This document shows positions 1-11,985 of a stretch of 64,000 bases of DNA, piece by piece (the first letter of the stretch is position 1; the number at the start of each line of letters is the position of its first letter). The stretch is from Macrostomum lignano (taxonomy: Eukaryota): positions 1 through 64,000 of the forward strand of contig NIVC01002064.1 in NCBI GenBank assembly GCA_002269645.1. Reading direction: 5' to 3'. The translations under genes and the position numbers were made by a program. Below the pieces are notes generated by a model. The model had not been told where the DNA came from. It was given only the letters and a program-made list of their open reading frames with translations, and searched no databases.

Positions 1-835
1 AAAGGAGAAGGAATAGACTATTAGAAGAGAGGAGGGCGAGAGGGGGTATGAGAAAACATGGAAGAAATATAAGAGGAGGGAGAGACAAGTGGTGAGGAGA
101 GAGCAGAGAAGAAGGGAGGAAGAAGTGAGAGGAGGGGAGAAAGGAGGGAGAGGAAAGAGTAAAGGCGAGAAGAGGGGAGAGATGAGACAGAGGATCGATG
201 AGAGGAGAGTAGAGAAGAGTGAGAAGAGATGAGAGGAGATGAGAGATGAGAGAGCAGAAAGAAGATGACAGAGGGTCAAGAGGAGATGAGAGATTAGAGA
301 GGAGAGAGTAGAAAGGATAGAAAAGAGAGGAGATAAGAGGGGGAGAGAAGGGGTGGAGAGAAGAGATAGAGATAAGAGAGGGTGTAAGAAGAGGGAGAAA
401 GGAGAGATGAGAGAGTAAAGGGAAGAGGAGGAGAGAGGAAAGAGATGAGATTGTAAAGATGAGACAGATCAAAGAAGAGATGAGAGATGAAAAAGGTGAG
501 AGGAGAGTGCAGAGAGACGAGAGAAGATAATAGAGGAGAGAGAGTATAGAAAGGGAAAAGAAAAGAAGAGAGGAGTAAGGAAAGAGAGGAGTGAGAAGAG
601 ATGAAGAGAAGAGTACAGAGGAGATAAGTGAGAGAACGTATAAGAGAGTAAAGATGACAGATGAGAGAGCAGATGAACAGACGAGAGATGGGAAAGTGGA
701 GAGAACAGAGAGAGATAAGAGAGAAGAGATTACAGAGACTAGAGGAGAGAGGAGAGACAGGGAGAGAGAAGAGGAAACAGGAGAATGAAGAGGGGAGAGA
801 GTAGAGAGAGAAGAGAGATGGGAGAGGAGAGAGAG

Positions 836-918
<83 letters not shown>

Positions 919-1515
919 CAGAGCAGAGAGAAACGAGAAGAGATAAGAGAGAAAATATAAAAGAAGAGAAAGGAGAGATGAAAAGCGACGGAGAGAAGAG
1001 AGGTGAGGGAAGAGACGAGCGACGAGGGGAGAGAGAAGAGATAAAACAAGAAAAGAGATGAGAGGAAAGAGAGAGAGGAAAGAGGTGAGGAAGAGACGAG
1101 AGAAGAGGGGAGAGAGGAGAGAGAGAGGAAAGAGTAGAGAGAGAGATGAGAGAGTAGAGGAGAGAGTTAAGAGAAGAGAGAAAAGAATAGAGAGGAGAAG
1201 GAAGAGACGAGAGAAGAGAAGAGAGAGGAGAGAGAGAGGAAAGAGTAGAGAGGAGAGATGAGAGAGTAGAGGAGAGAGTTAAGAGAAGAGAGAAAAGATA
1301 GAGAGGAGAAGGAAGAGACGAGAGAGAGGGGAGAGAAGGAGAGGAGAGGAGAGAGAAAACGAAAAGTAGAGAGGAGAGAGGAGAGGAGAGAGAAAAGAAT
1401 AGGAAGAGATGAGATAAGAGAGATGAAAGAGAAGAGAGATGAGGGAAGATACGAAAGAAGAGAGGGGAGAGAGAGACGAGGGATGAGAGAGAAGAGGAAA
1501 CAGAAGAGACGATAG
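1..1515. repeat. AG-rich low-complexity purine tract, copy 1 (continues past window start)
   Basis: Almost only A/G on the + strand, with a (GA)n core near 825-910. It aligns colinearly with 3018-4570 (both begin AAGGAATAGACTATTAGAA and contain GATGAGACAGAGGATCGATGAG). Confidence 0.9.
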
Positions 1516-1813
1516 AAATTTTAAAGGATCCAAGGGACATAGGGAGAGTCAGGGAGAGGCCAGATTTGCCAATACATGTTTTAGAGTCAGACAGACATTG
1601 CCTGCATTCTGTGGAGTACGCCTAGCATTCCAGCAACAATATCAACGTTTGCCTCAAAACCTAATTTTACACAAATGTGCTCCATTTTATGTCTACCTCT
1701 ATCCTACTAACTATTAATTTGTTTGTGTATGGCCTTAGATTTCAGAATACATGCAAAAGTAGTTCCGGGGATTGGAATTCCCGGGTTCAAAATCCGCGGG
1801 TTTCAACAGCTTG

Positions 1814-4799
1814 TCTACATATAAAAATCAAAACTCTGTGTGTGTGTGTCTGTGGACAAATTCGTTCGCTATGGACTCCCAAACCACTCAACAAATACCA
1901 CCAATTTTTGCACCCACCCTAAACTCACTACGAAAATGTCTTAGGCTACCTTTAAATTTCCTAAATTTGAGTCTTCCTACCTAAAAGTACAAAAAACTGC
2001 TCAAAATGCGCGATTTTTTCACTAAATCCTCCATAGCGCCGCTCCACTTCTACCGATTCTCTTCAAATTTGACACAGATAATCTTTAACTATTTTGGCAC
2101 AATCATGTAAAATTTCGAGTATCAAAGTTAATCCTGAGCGGTGCTGTGCGCTTTTAAAGTTAGGCTGTTTTTTTCAGCGTAGCAACCACCCCAACCTCCG
2201 CCGCCTGCCTCTCTTACCCGATCTGGGCCCAGATGTGTAAAAGGGTTTCAAAATTGACTAACTTTCAGCTGCCATAAGTTTGCTCCACGTAAAGCGATTG
2301 ACTCCCAACTTGACACAATTCTTCATTGACTCATTCTCTATCTAAATGTAAAGTTTCAACTCTGTAACTCAACCGAAAAAGAAACTGTAAGCATGTGAAG
2401 TTTGTCTGCTTTTTCTTTTGTTTGTGCCACTCACTCACTCATTCCCCCAGAGCCAGACGAAGGGTCAGGCGATAGGGCTCAATGTACATAGCGAATGTAC
2501 AGTGTTTTGGAATAACTTTTTAATAGCCTTCTCTGTACCCCCGCGAGTGGAGGCGTGGAGTCGGTGGAGAGGAGAGAGTTTAGCGAGAGATTCAAACCAC
2601 TGTCGTCTGTATAGACACATCAGTTAAACAAGGATGGCAAATCAAGGCGATGTGGGATGGTTTGTAAAAATAGCAAAAAAATTAATGAATAACTGATTAC
2701 AATGCAAACTAAATTAGTTACACCATGCAAATTTTAACATTAAGATTCGCATAAGGTACTTTAAAATTTAAATGGCCTCCTAAGAAATGCGTATTTCCAT
2801 GGTTGTTAGACTGCTGCAGACTGTGGTGGTGGAGCTGGAGATACACAAATTCCTCTCAGGGCTGCTAATTGGCCAGAAAGATGACGTGATTAAAGCATGA
2901 GAAATGATAACAACCATGAGAGTACTACGTCCCACAAACTGGCTTTCGAAGCAGGGATCGGCAGATTTTTATCTCAATGGCCAGATAAAGAATCCAGCTC
3001 ATGGCTGCGGGCCAGATAAGAGTGAAAAGGAAAAGGAATAGACTATTAGAAAGGGAGGAGGGGCGAGAGGGGGATAAGAGAAAAGATAGAAGACAACAGG
3101 AGAGACGAGGGGGTTGAGGAGAGAGCAGAGAATATGGGACGAAGAAGCGAGAGGAGGGGAGGAGAAGGGAGAGGAAATAGTAGAGGTGAGAAGATGGAGA
3201 GAGAAGGGGGAGATGAGACAGAGGATCGATGAGAGAGGAGAGTGGAGAAGAGTGAGAAGAGATGAGAGATGAGAGAACAGAGAGGCAGATGAGAGAGGAT
3301 CGAGAAGAGAGATTAGAAAGGATAGAGAATAGAGGAGATAAGAGGGGGAGAGAGGAGTGAGAAGAGAAGGAGATAAGAGATGAGAGAGAGAGTTGAGAAA
3401 GAAGAGAGGAGAAAGGAGAGATGATAGAGTAAAGGAAGAGGAGGAGAGAGGAAAGAGATGAGATTGTAGAGATGAAGGAAGAGAGAGCAGAGTGCAGAGA
3501 GACGAGAGAAAAGAATACGAGTAGAGGGGAGAGAGTATAGAAGAGGGAAGAGAAAAGAGAAGTAAGGAAAGAGAAGAGTCAGAAGAGGGGAAAGAGAAGA
3601 GTACACAGTAGAGAGGAGAGTAGAGATGACAGAAGAGAGAGGGGAATGAGAGAGCAAAGATGAGAGTAAACAGACGATATAAGAGAGGAGAGAGGAGAGT
3701 GGAGAGAGAAGAGAGAAGACAAGAGAGGGAGAGTATAGAAGAGAGAAGAGAAGAGACGAGAAGAAAGAAGAAAGGAAAGAGAGTCCTGAGTCAAAAAGGG
3801 AAGAGAGGAGTACAAGGGGAGAGAGGTGAGAGAACATATGAGAGTAAAGATGACAGATGAGAGAGGGGAGATGAGAGAGCAGAAACGAGAAGTGAACAGA
3901 CGAGAGATGGGAGAGTAGAGAGAAAGAGGAGAGATAAGAAATAAGAGATGAGAGGTGGAGACAAGGGAGAGATGAGAAGTGAGTGAGGAGAGAGGAGGGG
4001 AAGGGGGAGAATCGAGATGACGGGAAATTGGTGAAAAGGGCGAGAAAGGAGAGGAAAGAGGGGAGAGATTAGAGAGAAGAGAGATAGGACAGGAGAGAGC
4101 AGAGAGAAGAGAGGAGAGAGAGAGAGGGGGGAGTCGAGAGAGAGCAGAGAGAAATAAGAAAAGATAAGAGAAAGAGAAGATAAAAAAAGAGAAATGAGAG
4201 ATAAGAGAGCAAAGACGAGAGAGAAGGGAGGTGAGGTAAGAGACGATAGAAGGGATGAGAGGAGAGAGTGGACAGAGGAGAGGAGAGAGTTGAGAGAAGA
4301 GAGGAAAAAGGAGAGAGTAGAGATGAGGGGAGCGTTGAGAGAGGGTAGAGTAAGGAGTGAGAAGAGGGTAGAGGGAAGAGGGAAGAGAGAGTAGAGAGCA
4401 GAGAGAAATGAGAAGAGATAAAAGAGGAGAAAGGAGATATGAGACCAGAGACCAGAGAGAAGAGAGGAGAGGAGAGAGAAAATAATAGAGGGGAAAGGGA
4501 AGAGATGAGAGAAGAGGGAGAGAGGACAGAGGAGAGAAGAAAGAAGAAAGAGGAGAGAAGAGGACAAAGGCCAGAGTTTGCTTGAAATTCTTGATTTGCT
4601 TGAAGCACCCCAGCCAACAATATCAATGCTTGCTTCAAATCCTAATTTTATATGAATGTACACTCTATTTTATGTTTAACTCTATCCTAACTATTAGCAA
4701 GTTTTTGTTTGAGTTTGACCTCAGTTTTAGAATACATGCAAAAATAATTCCAGGGAATAAAGTTCCCTGGGTTCAAAATCTGCAGGTTTCAACAGCTTG
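1814..4799 (+). mobile_element. Probable non-autonomous Helitron-like unit (~2.99 kb) in a head-to-tail array
   Basis: Starts TCTACATATAAAA followed by a (TG)n microsatellite. Ends with a GC hairpin remnant (CCCTGGGTTCAAAATCTGCAGG) then CAGCTTG. The same end precedes it at 1779-1813 (CCCGGGTTCAAAATCCGCGGG...CAGCTTG). The terminus is CTTG, not canonical CTRR. Confidence 0.45.
3018..4570. repeat. AG-rich low-complexity purine tract, copy 2
   Basis: Diverged colinear copy of 1-1515. The downstream AT-rich flank 4600-4800 also matches 1620-1815. Confidence 0.9.
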
Positions 4800-5074
4800 T
4801 ATAATATAAAGGAAAACTCTTTAGCTTATATAACAATAATCTATAAATAGCCTTTAGATAACTTTTATTGCTATTTATCATTTTCACTATATATATAGAG
4901 GCAAGGGGTTGTGTGCACATTGGCGCACTTTAAGTGACATAGGCACACAACTGGCAAGAGGCATTACTTGCCATTCCACCGACTCCCCTGAGCAGGCATA
5001 CAAGCGCGCAGATATGTACGCAGGCACACACTCACACAGGAGTGTACAGCGGCCCTAACTTAAATTTATCGTTA

Positions 5075-5246
5075 GGCATGTACACTTCACTGCACCTTGG
5101 GGGCTGGCTCTCAAGACTAGTAATTACACGAGCAGAGCCAAGCCGAGATTTCAATTCAGCCCCAAATTAATGTGACTGCACTTGGAATCAAGCCAGCCTG
5201 GGTCACTGGCATACTGAGCCTATGCTAGACTGCTAGGCTATGGCCC
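5075..5246 (-). mobile_element. Degenerate tRNA-derived SINE, family 2
   Basis: Minus strand reads TAGCCTAGCAGTCTAG (A-box-like) ... GGCTTGATTCC (decayed B box). The + strand 18-mer GGCATGTACACTTCACTG at 5075 recurs at 9629, followed in both places by TAATTRCACGAGC. Confidence 0.5.
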
Positions 5247-6598
5247 CCTATCATCATTTTCACTAATAAGTAGTTTAACTTAAGATCTAGGATTAATTTA
5301 AAATTAACTTCAAAACCTCACTGAAGTAGCTTTCAACTAAATTCTACAAGTCTATTATGTAAGAAAAATATATAAAATGAGAATTGAGTGACATTATTGA
5401 AATATAGGCCACAGTAACTTTTTCTTTGCCTTTGCTTTATAAGATATTTTGTAGGAGATATCAACTCCTACAAAATTTATGCATTGAATATGAAATTGAG
5501 CAATAAAGATAATAAATTCTGGATAAATATTTGTCTATATATGCTACTACTAGATGTAGGTTATTGAAAATTCAGTACTTCTAGCAAATTCAGTATGAAA
5601 ATCTATGGAACTCTATGAAATCTATGAATCACGAAAATTAAAGTCAAACCGAGATTGAAACTTTAGCAAATAGCCCTAAATTATGAAAAATATAGCCTAG
5701 TTTAGTATAAACATAATCAACCAGGGAACCAGTGAGACCCTTACCAACCGTCCACCCAGACTCGTATTTGTTTCTTCTTTTCGCTTGCTGAATTTTCAAA
5801 TGCCATTTTCCTACGGATAGAAGTTAAAGTTAAGTTAACAAAAACCAAAAGTGAATTTAACTTTTACTGCTAGAGCCTATTTTTTTAATCTAAAGAGCTC
5901 TACTCTACTCCCGGTCAATTTCGAAAATATAGTTAAAAGTTGAAAAAGCGCCAAACTGACTCTTAGAACGCCACGATAATAAAAGCGTACTGCGTTTGGT
6001 AGGTAAATCACGATTGCAAATATCCCTCTCTCGTATAGTCTTCTCTCTACATGCACGATGCATGCGGCATGGCTGAGAGTATTGCCACAAAAATTACTTT
6101 TGGAATATGGGCTATGCCTGAACTTATATCTTTCTAGCAGCCGAAAAGTTTTGAGACAGGCAAATCCCGCAAACCTACAAAATCTGATTGGACTTTCCAA
6201 TTGTGCCAAATTCATGTTGAAATATTAGTATCGCCCACAAATATCAAAATAAAAATCGCTTATAGGTTTTCTATAAGCGTTACTATTATATATATCTGTC
6301 ACTATACTGTAGCGCAGCATTTTGGATTTAAAAAGTGAATTTGAAAGCAAGCAATACATGGAGTAGTGCATACAGGTAACAACGGCGATAAGGGGAGTAT
6401 CGCTTTTATAAATCAGATTGCACGTTGCAATGCCACTGGGTTAGTGAAGCTGGGTTAGTGAGCTACTGTTACTTTGGAAATCACTCCCGGGAATTCTTAG
6501 AACTTTTAATTTAGCATTTCATTGCGACTCCACACGACAATCGTCACTGCTGTATACGCCATCCCGGATTTATGAGAAGAACAATGGTGCCCGCGCCC

Positions 6599-7889
6599 GG
6601 TGACCGGACATTTCGTCAACCGGCATTTCGTAAACCGGCATTTTTTGCCCACAAAAAATTAACTTATTATGCTGTAAAATCAGTAGATAAAAATGTTTCT
6701 CAAGTTGAAAGAAGTAACTACGGGATTTCTTATTCCTTAAAAATATTTAAATTTTGTTTTAAATTAGACTTGTTTTAATTGTTTGCATTTCTTTTTTTGT
6801 GATTTTGCGTGTGTGTGGCATTTTGTCGGCAAATTGTGTCGCTCGCTCAGAATAGTTGCGAGCGGCTCAGTTGATTCGATATCTAGCTGCTCGCACATAA
6901 AATTAGCCCTTTTCAGACCCAGTGTTAATTTCGCTGATTTACCTATTACCAACATATTATGCTTGATATACCATTTGGTTTTCTTTTGGAAGATAATTGC
7001 CTTGGGCCTTGGCCCTTGGGGCTTGAAGTTTGTAGAATTTTAGGGCCTAGGCTACGTATCAGATGATTTAAGGCGTTCTTCTCAAAGTCAAATCATTTGT
7101 TAAACTATTTTTTCAATGTTTTTGCAACTTTCATTACCTGAGAAGCTGATTTTAGCATGTTTGGATACTCCCCAAGACCCCAAGCTATTATTAAAACAGT
7201 GCTAATTTTTAGGGCCTAGTTTAAATGTGTAATAAAAATGAATATTTGCTGTAACATAAGCTTTTATGATTATGTTTATTATGATTATGAATTATTATGA
7301 GTTTTTTCTAAGAAAGTCATTTCTTTTCAATAGCACAATAAGCCATTTAAAAATGGTTTTATTTACGAGCAAAGTAAAACCAAAAATACTAAAAGAAATA
7401 ATTAATTAATTCCTTAATCAGTCAATTATATTCAATTACTCAATTACACTATAAATATGAATAATATAAAAAACTTTCAACTTTCTCCAACTTTGTGCAT
7501 TTGTTGCCACCTTCCTTGGTATGAGTGCACATAGGGTGACGCATTTGCATAGAATATTTGCATCAAAACATTTAACCTAATGGACATGCAGTCTAGTATT
7601 GCAAAAATTCAAAATTTGTTCATTTTTTTAAAAATAAGGCAATTAATAAAACAAGTCATTGATATAATAATAATTGTAAGCTATATACAAGATATGCAGC
7701 TATATTAGCTATAGCCTATATACATATATCATTCATATAATGAAAATTTTAGTCACTTCGTCAACAAGCAAATGGGAAGGACCTAGGCATTGGTCACTTC
7801 ATCAACCACCAATAAAGTCGCCTCCCAACACTTTGGTCACTTTGTCAACCAAGTTGACGAAATGCCAATTGACAAAATGACCATTACCC
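6599..7889. mobile_element. Possible non-autonomous DNA transposon with imperfect terminal inverted repeats
   Basis: Left end GGTGACCGGACATTTCGTCAACCGGCATTTCG; reverse complement of right end GGGTAATGGTCATTTTGTCAATTGGCATTTCGTCAAC. Subterminal CATTTCGTCAAC / TCACTTCGTCAAC repeats. No target-site duplication identified. Confidence 0.4.
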
Positions 7890-8286
7890 ACCTGGTCCAC
7901 TTGGCTTAGAGACAAAATAGTCTATGACCAAATTGTTCTATGGGCAAAATGTCTATAGCCAAAAAGATTTATAGGCAAAACAACTAGTTGTTGGGAATGC
8001 TAGCACTTATACCTTGGCATAATCCATTCTCATTTTAAAAAAGTAGCAATTATTTACTTTTATTCATTTAATTATTTTCTATGAAAGTTTGTAGTTCCTA
8101 TCCCATTTAATAATATTTACTATTAAAGTAGAGTATATAGAACAAAATTATTAAAAACTAAAATGACTTAAGCAAGAAAAAAAACTTATATGATAAAAAT
8201 AACAAGGAAATTTTCCCAAAGCAAAGTATATGCAGGAATATATATAGGAAGTAATATGCATTGAACTGGGATTATCATACCCACAC

Positions 8287-8592
8287 AATAATAATTGATT
8301 ACACCTGCCCCAATTAGGCCAGATGTGCCACCAACAGCTTAGCCACAGCTATTGCATGGTGCATCTGAAAGCTATATACTTCTATTAAGTCTAAGGACTG
8401 GGAGGGGGGTTGCCACACACATCCTCAATTACCCCAGCTGATGCTGGCACCCGTTTTATAGCTGGGTGAACTGAAGCAATGCAGAGTTAAGTGTCTTGCT
8501 CAAGGACACAAATTGTTCTAGTGGGATTGGGAATCGAACCCCCAACCTTCAAGTCATGAGTCTGATGCTCTAAGTACTAGGCTACAAGCTCC
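8287..8592 (-). mobile_element. tRNA-derived SINE, family 1 (CORE-like), near full length
   Basis: Minus strand: A box TAGCCTAGTA, B box GGTTCGATTCC, then TTGAGCAAGACACTTAACTCTGCATTGCTTCAGTTCACCCAGCT (CORE-SINE-like block) and an (ATT)n tail. Homologous copies at 9393-9618 and 25950-26100. Confidence 0.75.
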
Positions 8593-8991
8593 TAGGCTAC
8601 ATACCTACAATAATGGCTTAAGAATACCTGTGTGTAACATTCTATTATAAATATACTAGTTCAAGAAGGAACAAGTTAAGCTAATGCCACTTGCAACTAT
8701 TTACAACTTTGGGGCTTATGAAATAAAAGAAAATAATATGGAAATTAAACTTTCACTGCACAGCTATGCAAAAATATACCAGTATAGCATGCTAAAGTGT
8801 AATAAATTAAAAGAATGATAATCTTCACTGCCCCAGATCAAATGCAATCATTGATTGGGTGATAAAAAAGTGATTTTTTGCCAGGAAATAGGCCTCCAAA
8901 AACTTAATCTTTGAGCCTTATGTCCTGCTATATTACTGTGGTCCTTGACTAGCATCAGTGCACATGATCTAAATTACCCAATTTTGATGCC

Positions 8992-10035
8992 ATGGGCGTC
9001 GACATCTGCCACAAGAATGACCGCAAGGTGCGCCGCACCAATCCAAAATCCGACGATGTCTATCTGCGCCTGCTGGTGAAACTCTACCGATTTCTGGCCC
9101 GCCGGACTGGCGCCAAGTTTAACAAAATCATCCTGCGCCGCCTGTTCATGAGCCGGGCCAATCGCGGCCCCCTGTCTCTGGCCCGCCTTGGCCGCATGCT
9201 GCGCAAGCCAAATCGGGAGGGGCGCATTGTTGTCACAGTTGGCACAGTTACTAACGATTCCCGGGTGCAGACAGTGCCGAAGGTTTGTGTTGTTTGTTTA
9301 ACTTCAGTGCTTATACTAGTAATGTTTGCCGCACCCCCTGTTGGGGAGGCAACAAATAACGGAATAATGAATTTGAATCGCATTTCGCATTTATAATAAT
9401 TATTATTGATTACACCTGCCCTAATTGGGCCAGTTGTGTAACCGACAGCTCAGCCGCAGCTTATTGGCTGAATACCTGAAAGCTGCGTACGGCTGTTCAG
9501 TCCAAGCACTGGTGGGGTCGCCACACACAGCCTCAATTACCCCAGCTAATGCTGGCACACATTTTACAGCTGGGTGAACTGAAGCAGTGCAGATTTGAGT
9601 GTCTTGGCTCAAGGACACTTAGTTCAAGGGCATGTACACTTCACTGTGCCTTCAAAGGCCTTAATTGCACGAGCCTGGGCCTCTGGCGCATTAATTAGAG
9701 CAGCATAAATTACAGACTGCACTTACGCTGCACTCTCCCGGCCTCCTCTCCGCCAAATCCAGGTGACCCTGTGCGCGCTCCGCGTAACCGAGAAGGCCCG
9801 CGCCCGGCTGCTAGCTGCCGGCGGCGAGATCATCACCTTCGACGAGCTGGCCAGACGGGCCCCCAAAGGCCAGAACACGCTGCTGGTGCAGGGCACGAGG
9901 AAGCGGGCCGCCCAGCGGCATTTCGGCCGGCCGCCGGGAGTGCCGCACTCGCACACTAAGCCGGTGGTTCGGTCCAAGGGTCGCAAATTTGAGAAGGCCC
10001 GCGGCCGCCGGGCTTCGCGCGGATTCACCAACTAA
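8992..10035 (+). CDS. RPL18: 60S ribosomal protein L18 (eL18), 2 exons, 187 aa
   Basis: Exons 8992-9282 and 9763-10035, phase-0 intron GTTTGT...CCAG. Diagnostic motifs [22 protein letters not shown] and [26 protein letters not shown]. AATAAA at 10129-10134. Confidence 0.97.
9393..9700 (-). mobile_element. 5'-truncated family-1 SINE abutting a family-2 SINE fragment inside the RPL18 intron
   Basis: 9393-9618 aligns with 8287-8510 (ATTGATTACACCTGCCC...CAGCTGGGTGAACTGAAGCA...AAGGACAC). 9629-9675 aligns with 5075-5135. Confidence 0.7.
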
Positions 10036-10361
10036 TTGTCAAATTGATACAAGAGAGACCGTTCGTTTGATTATAATTGGCCTGGTTGGTGTTTGGTGCG
10101 CGCTGTTCAATGATTTTGATGGCTGCTGAATAAAAAATTCAATGAAACCCTTCTATCTGGGCCTCTGGATCTGCGCGGCCTGTCTTTGGAGACAAAAAAC
10201 TTCAAAATGATTATTTTGTTTTGTTTTTTCTTTCTTTTTTCGTTTAAGTACTGTCTTCCTACTCACAAGTAGTGGGTGAAGAGTTTCGTTTTTTTTTAAT
10301 GACAATACAACTCAGAGATGAAGTGACTGTCTCAAACTTGCCAGACTGTCTGTCTGTCCCA

Positions 10362-11431
10362 GACTTCACCGACGCTGCCATTGACTCCACCGACACTGCC
10401 ATTGACTCCACCGACGCTGCCATTGACTTCACCGACACTGCCATTGACTTCACCGACGCTGCCATTGACTTCACCGACACTGCCATTGACTTCACCGACA
10501 CTGCCATTGACTTCACACCGACACTGCCATTGACTTCACCGACACTGCCATTGACTTCACCGACACTGCCATTGACTTCACCGACACTGCCATTGACTTC
10601 ACCGACGCTGCCATTGAGTCCACCGACACTGCCATTGACTTCACCGACGCTGCCATTGAGTCCACCGACGCTGCCATTGACTTCACCGACGCTGCCATTG
10701 AGTCCACCGACGCTGCCATTGAGTCCACCGACACTGCCATTGAGTCCACCGACGCTGCCATTGAGTCCACCGACACTGCCATTGAGTCCACCGACACTGC
10801 CATTGAGTCCACCGACACTGCCATTGAGTCCACCGACACTGCCATTGAGTCCACCGACACTGCCATTGAGTCCACCGACGCTGCCATTGAGTCCACCGAC
10901 ACTGCCATTGAGTCCACCGACGCTGCCATTGAGTCCACCGACGCTGCCATTGAGTCCACCGACACTGCCATTGAGTCCACCGACGCTGCCATTGAGTCCA
11001 CCGACACTGCCATTGAGTCCACCGACACTGCCATTGAGTCCACCGACACTGCCATTGAGTCCACCGACACTGCCATTGAGTCCACCGACACTGCCATTGA
11101 GTCCACCGACACTGCCATTGACTTCACTGACACTGCCATTGACTCCACCGACACTGCCATTGACTTCACCGACACTGCCATTGACTTCACTGACACTGCC
11201 ATTGACTTCACCGACACTGCCATTGACTTCACCGACACTGCCATTGACTTCACCGACACTGCCATTGACTCCACCGACGCTGCCATTGACTTTACTGACA
11301 CTGCCATTGACTCCACCGACACTGCCATTGACTTCACCGACACTGCCATTGACTTCACCGACACTGCCATTGACTTCACCGACACTGCCATTGACTTCAC
11401 CGACACTGCCATTGACTCCACCGACACTGCC
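10362..11431. repeat. 21-bp minisatellite (CACCGACACTGCCATTGACTT), about 50 units
   Basis: Direct reading; a central block carries the variant ATTGAGTCC. Confidence 0.95.
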
Positions 11432-11742
11432 TTCAACTTCATCAAATCTAATAATTTTAATTTCCTGTCTATTTTTGCGTTTCAACAGGTTTAACTTCCA
11501 AGCCAGGAAATTCGTTATAATTAAAGTAACTCAACCCAGCACAGCATGGAGAAGTTTTTCTTTCGGATTGCGACTTCGTAATCGGATTCCGAAGTCAAAA
11601 AAATTTTTGAAAGAGGCTTTTAATATTACCTGATATGAAAGCGGGAAATAAGTGTGCAACTCATTCATGCAACTCATTCAGGGAAGCATGCAATGGAGCT
11701 TCCGGACTTTCTCAGTTGCAAACTGCTGCTGGCTATAAGTAA

Positions 11743-11985
11743 TGTCTGTCTGTTTACGATCGTCTGTGTCTGTCTGTTTGTCTGTCTGTGTGTCTGTGTG
11801 TCTGTCTGTCTCTGTCTGACTTAGTGTCTGTCTGTCTGTCTGTCTGTCTGTTTACGATCGTCTGTGTGACTGTCTGTCTGTCTGTTTACGATCGTCTGTG
11901 TGACTGTCTGTCTGTCTGTCTGTTTACGATCGTCTGTGACTGTCTGTCTGTCTGTTTACCATCGTCTGTCTGTCTGTCTGTCTGG
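11743..11985. repeat. (GTCT)n microsatellite interrupted by TTACGATCG
   Basis: Direct reading. Confidence 0.9.

Noticed and set aside
294-4663. Long Leu/Ser-rich and Arg/Glu-rich ORFs
   Set aside because: Translations of the AG/CT low-complexity tracts; stop codons are simply rare in this composition.
8500-8592. tRNA gene call for SINE heads (also 26040-26100 and 5180-5246)
   Set aside because: A and B boxes are present but no closed cloverleaf or acceptor stem, and they run into shared repeat bodies.
10259-11633. 408-, 453- and 310-aa repeat ORFs (GSVGGLN, PTLPLSP, MAVSVDS)
   Set aside because: A 21-bp unit without stops is open in several frames on both strands; no splice or start context supports any one of them.
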